Below, in pieces: positions 59,801 to 64,000 of a DNA stretch of 64,000 bases (position 1 is the stretch's first letter; every line of letters starts with the position of its first letter). The notes under the pieces are model-generated. The model was not told where the DNA came from. It made no database searches and saw only the letters and a list, made by a program, of their open reading frames with translations. Source of the stretch: Mustelus asterias (taxonomy: Eukaryota); the NCBI RefSeq assembly GCF_964213995.1, contig NC_135803.1:3906001-3970000 (forward strand), read 5' to 3'. The position numbers and the translations under genes are program-made.

Positions 59801-62800
59801 GCTCAGCATCATCTTTGAAAGGCAATTATGGTTGGTTAAAAATATTTGCCTTGCCACCAGCATCCACATCCCACGAATTAATACTAACAAAGATAATTTT
59901 TCAGTCTGGAGATGGGGGTGGGGGGGGGGGGGGGTGGGGGGGGGGGTCTGCAGAAGGTTGTCAGCTTCATGCAGCTGCATTGCATTGGTTAGCACCCTAC
60001 AGTTAGGGCTCAGTGAGGCCAAGGAGTAGCAATTGCTTGGTGATGGTGGGGAGATTGGGACTGAGCGAGGCACAGGAACAGTAGTTTATTGATGCAAGTA
60101 GGGTCCAGAGAGGCCCAGGCATTGTCAGCTCAGTGAAATTGACACATAGGGGAAAGCAAAGCCCGTGATTAGTGGCGTTCTGTTCAGATGTAATTAGAAA
60201 GGTGCAATCGTGCTGCGTATGAAATAGTGATCCACCCAGTAGTATGGGGTCTGGAGAACGAGCAACTGGAAGGCAAACAGTAAATGGGCAAGTCTAGGTG
60301 GAGTGGCCTTCAAGAGAAATCAATGAGTAAATCTTCAAAACAAAGGAACTGAAGAACCTCAGGTCTTTAACGAATTTTGTAACTCACAGTGGCATTTTGG
60401 GGTGATGAGTGTGGGGGTAGGATGATGTTGCTGAGAAATTCAGGTGACCTGGTTCGGTTGTGACTGCCAGTTAATGTGCAGTGTTCCACCCCAGTGTGCT
60501 TATTAATTCATGTTTACCTTGTATTGCTTCAATATGTTAGATTATAAAATACATATTATTGCTTGATCGCTTCGTTGAGACTTGTAAAGTAAACAACATT
60601 TTGGTTGTTCAAAACGTTGGAAATCTGTAGCTTTATTCTCTTAATTTCTAAGTGGGACTTCAAATTTCATCTACCTGACCCCAAAACTTACGGGTCCCAA
60701 ATCAGCTGCTGATGGAATTTGGTGATCTCACTTGGGACAGTAAGAAAATTGGCGATCTGGTCGAAAAACGTCATGCTATGTTATAATAGCTGTCGAATTG
60801 GATGATGGCAACGTTAGAAGCTGGCTGCATGTTTGACGTTAAATTTCAAAAGCTTAGCTGATTTCCATTATAAATTTGGGAGGTACATCCATAATACTTA
60901 CGGGAATAATGATTCATTCTGATAGTGCGTGGAAGATGTCTGTGTTTATAATAATAAGAAAGACCAGTGAACACTCCTAAGTATCCATGTGCCATCGGTG
61001 CGTTTATATTTTATTTGAAATGATTTCAGTCGACCCACATAACATACAAATAAAATGGTCAATTTAACTGTGTGGAGCAAATAATGTACGGTGATATTGA
61101 GTCATGATTTATGAACGTGGAGAAATTAGAACCCATATTACTCGTCTTTTCCGTTACATGTAATGTTCTTTCATAATTAATGTTTTTGTTGCGGTAATGG
61201 TGGGTGGGGGGGAGGGTGGTGGGGGTGGCGGGTGGTGGGGGGGTGGTGGATTGGTGAGGGGGGGCATGGCCTCGTGTTTTGTCACTGGACTAATAATCCA
61301 GAGACCCAGAGTAATGCATTAGGAACTCGGGTTCAAATTCCACTATGGCAGATGGTGAAATTTGAATACAGTAAAAAATATGGTATTAAATGTCTAATGA
61401 TGACCATGAAGCCATTGCCGTAAAAACCGATCTGGCTCACCAATGTCCCAGAGAAACATAGAGAATTTCAGAGGTTGACCACTCTCTGGGTGAAGAAATT
61501 TCTCCTGGTTTCAGTCCTAAATTGCTTACCTCGTTTCCTTAGTCCATGATCTCTGGTTCTGGGCAGCCCCACCACCGGGAACATCCTTCCTGCAACTACC
61601 CTGTCTATAATATAACTACCGTATAATATCAAACCCCCACCCCCCACTCCCCCATTCTTCTAAACTCCCGCGAATATAATCTTAACCAACTCAATTTCTC
61701 CTCCATCGCAGGAATCAGCCTGATAAATCTCCTCTGCACCCCTCCTAGGGCAAGAACATCCTTCCTTATGTAAGGAGCCCAAAACTGCACACAATATTCC
61801 ATATGTAGCCTCACCAAGGCCCTATATGATTGCAGCAAGGCATCCCTGCTCCTGCAATCGATTCCTCTTTCTGTGAAGGCCAGCACACCCAAATTTGCCT
61901 GCTTTACTGCCTGCTGCGCCTTTAGCGACGATTGCACGTTCCCCTCCTTTAATTCATAGTCAATCAGATGATAATCCGTCTTCATCTTCTTGCTATCAAA
62001 ATGGGTGACTTTACATTTACCGATAATATACTTCATCTGCCATGCATTAGCCCGCTCACCCAGCTTGTCCAAATCACACTGAAGCATCGCTGCATCCTTC
62101 TCACAGCTCATCCTCCCACCCAGCTTCGTGTCATCTGTAAATTGCAGAAATTACATTTAGCTTCCTGGTTAATATCAGCAATGTAGTATGAATATCTGGG
62201 GTCCTACCACCGATATCTGCAGTATCCCATTAGCCAGTGCCTGCCATTCGGAAAATGACTCGTTTATTCCTACTATTTGTTTCATATCTGCCAACCAGTT
62301 ATCTCTCTAATTCAATACATTACCCCAAATCGCCAATCAAGGAAATCTGTCATCCTTACCTAGTCTGGCCTATATGTGACTCCCGGTCCACAACAATGTG
62401 ATTGACTCATAAATACCTTCAGGGATGGGCAATAAATGCTGACCCAGCCAACGGCGCCCAGATCCCATGAACGAATGAGCAACAATTATCAAATTACACG
62501 TATTCAAATTTTGCACATATATTAAACTTAGAGATCAATTATAGTAACAGTGTGGGAGAGGAATAGGCCTCTCCTAATCTAAACTTTTACCACGAAGCAA
62601 TCAACACATACCTAATTAGAAATAGGAATCAACAGGGCTGAGACTGCTATGGCCGCTTTAAGCTCCAGAAGAATATATCGCCTATGAATTAAATAAAAAG
62701 TAAATTTACGGAATTAAGATACTGGATATTTATAACTCAGGCACTTTTGAATCTTCTAAATTGCATATTCTTGGGCGATTCGTTTTACAGATCAGTTACT

Positions 62801-64000
62801 TTTCTTCCTGCATCTGTCTCAGTGACAAGCGCGAGTTTCCAACATTTTTCAGAACCATTCCCAGCGATGCTGTTCAAATCAAAGCATTAGTCAGCCTTGT
62901 ACAGCATTTTAGGTGGACTTGGGTTGGAGTCGTCGCACAAGACAATGATTATGGACGATTTGGAATGATGGCATTTATTAAAGAGATTGCCAAGTTTGAG
63001 ACCTGTGTGGCTTTTATTGAGTTCATCTCACCTGTTGGTACTGCAGAGAGATTGCCGCAAGTCGTGGAGACAATTAAAAAATCATCTGCTAAGGTGATCG
63101 TAATGTTCTGTGCAGAGAGGTTCACCGCTGCTTTGGTGAAAGAACTCCTCCTGCATAATGTTACTGATATCCAGCTGATAGCGAGTGAAGCCTGGGTCAC
63201 ATCAGTCCAACTATGGACAGCAGAAACTCTGAAAATATTGTCGGGAACAATTGGATTTGGCATCAGAAGAGTGGAAATTCCAGGACTGAAAGAATTTCTG
63301 GTGAAACTTCATCCTTCCAAAGAACCCCACAACCCGTTTGTCGAAGAACTGTGGCGGGAAGTTTTTGGCTGCAGTGTAACAATCTCAAATCAAACACTGG
63401 CCGAAAATATATCACCATCTTCTTTCAAGCCTTGCACAGGTTCTGAGAATTTAGAGGCAACTGAGACTACATACGCCGATGTGTCGGAGTTACGGGGTTC
63501 CTATAATGTTCACAAAGCTGTATACGCGGTGGCTCATGCTCTGCATAATCTGCAATTGTGCGAAAATGGAAAAGGTCCGTTTGTCAACAAAACCTGTGGT
63601 GAAAAGTCAAATATCGTGCCTTGGCAGGTAGGATAATAATTTAATTAAACAATTAAATACATTCTGTGTCTGAAATAGATGAAAGATGGGGCAATGGCGA
63701 AACTGCGTTGTGGAGTTGAAAATAAAACGTGCCCTCAGAATTTCTTTTTTCTGAAGATTTCTGTTACATAAATAAAGCTACTACTAATCTTGAGATTTTT
63801 ATAGGTCAACCATGATTCAACTGGTAGAACAACCTCCATGGGCTGAATAGCCTACTCCTGTTTATTTGCGAGGTAACTGTACGTTTTACTAACGGAATTC
63901 CATCATCTCTTAAAGCTTTTGCACTATATAAAGGAGGTGGCATTTATCAATAATTTTGGCGAAGAAGTTAGCTTTAATGAGAATGGCGATCCAGTCGCTT
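53868..64000 (+). CDS. V2R/OlfC-family class C GPCR, gene D (5' part: exons 1-4, runs off the window)
   Basis: Exons 53868-54091 (CA|gtgagt), 55719-56010 (292 bp), 62791-63627 (837 bp), 63916->64000 (LLHYIKEVAFINNFGEEVSFNENGDPVA); phases consistent. Confidence 0.9.
57010..57305 (-). mobile_element. HE1-type V-SINE
   Basis: Reverse-complement head, V-domain and tail. Confidence 0.8.
58331..59020 (-). mobile_element. CR1 3' fragment
   Basis: 197-aa RT C-terminal ORF; (GAACAAA)n tail. Confidence 0.88.
59337..59645 (-). mobile_element. CR1 3' fragment abutting the tRNA-Ile copy
   Basis: QRLFPRVDGAITGGHNYRVRGGRYRKDIRGRFFTQRV; gggccgaagggcc hairpin; tail. Confidence 0.85.
59653..59726 (-). tRNA. 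tRNA-Ile(AAT)-like sequence, probably a pseudogene
   Basis: GGCCGGTTAGCTCAGGTGGTTAGAGCGTGGTGCT-AAT-AACGCCTAGGTCGCGGGTTCACTCCCCTTACTGGCCA matches vertebrate tRNA-Ile-AAT except at about 5 positions, including the T-loop (TTCGATC to TTCACTC). Confidence 0.8.
61450..62335 (-). mobile_element. CR1 fragment splitting a DeuSINE
   Basis: YRALVRLHMEYCVQFWAPY; flanked by two halves of a SacSINE1-like SINE (61265-61450 and 62335-62480). Confidence 0.75.

Overview
Vertebrate genomic DNA, most likely a shark or other elasmobranch (HE1-type V-SINEs, SacSINE1-like DeuSINEs, abundant CR1 LINEs). The window is part of a V2R/OlfC (class C GPCR, CaSR-related chemoreceptor) cluster arranged A(+, exons 5-6 only) > B(+, complete, 6798-21198, 867 aa) > < C(-, complete, 35264-41705, 863 aa) ... 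psi(+, decayed 7TM exon) > D(+, exons 1-4, runs off the window). All observed introns are GT-AG and exon phases join in frame. Between exons there is a dense, nested retroelement landscape: CR1 LINEs (one near full length with SGNH-esterase ORF1 and APE-RT ORF2), a second CR1/L2-group LINE, Rex1/Babar and L1/Tx1 fragments, and SINEs. Most notable: (i) short Penelope-type elements carrying minimal hammerhead-ribozyme motifs, one with an intact core inserted with a 13-bp TSD into a young CR1; (ii) a tRNA-Ile(AAT) copy joined to a CR1 3' end, resembling a proto-SINE; (iii) patchy near-identity of the 7TM exon between otherwise diverged paralogs, suggesting gene conversion; (iv) two near-identical direct CR1 copies bracketing gene C. 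Identities are by-eye estimates and repeat boundaries are approximate unless a TSD is quoted.
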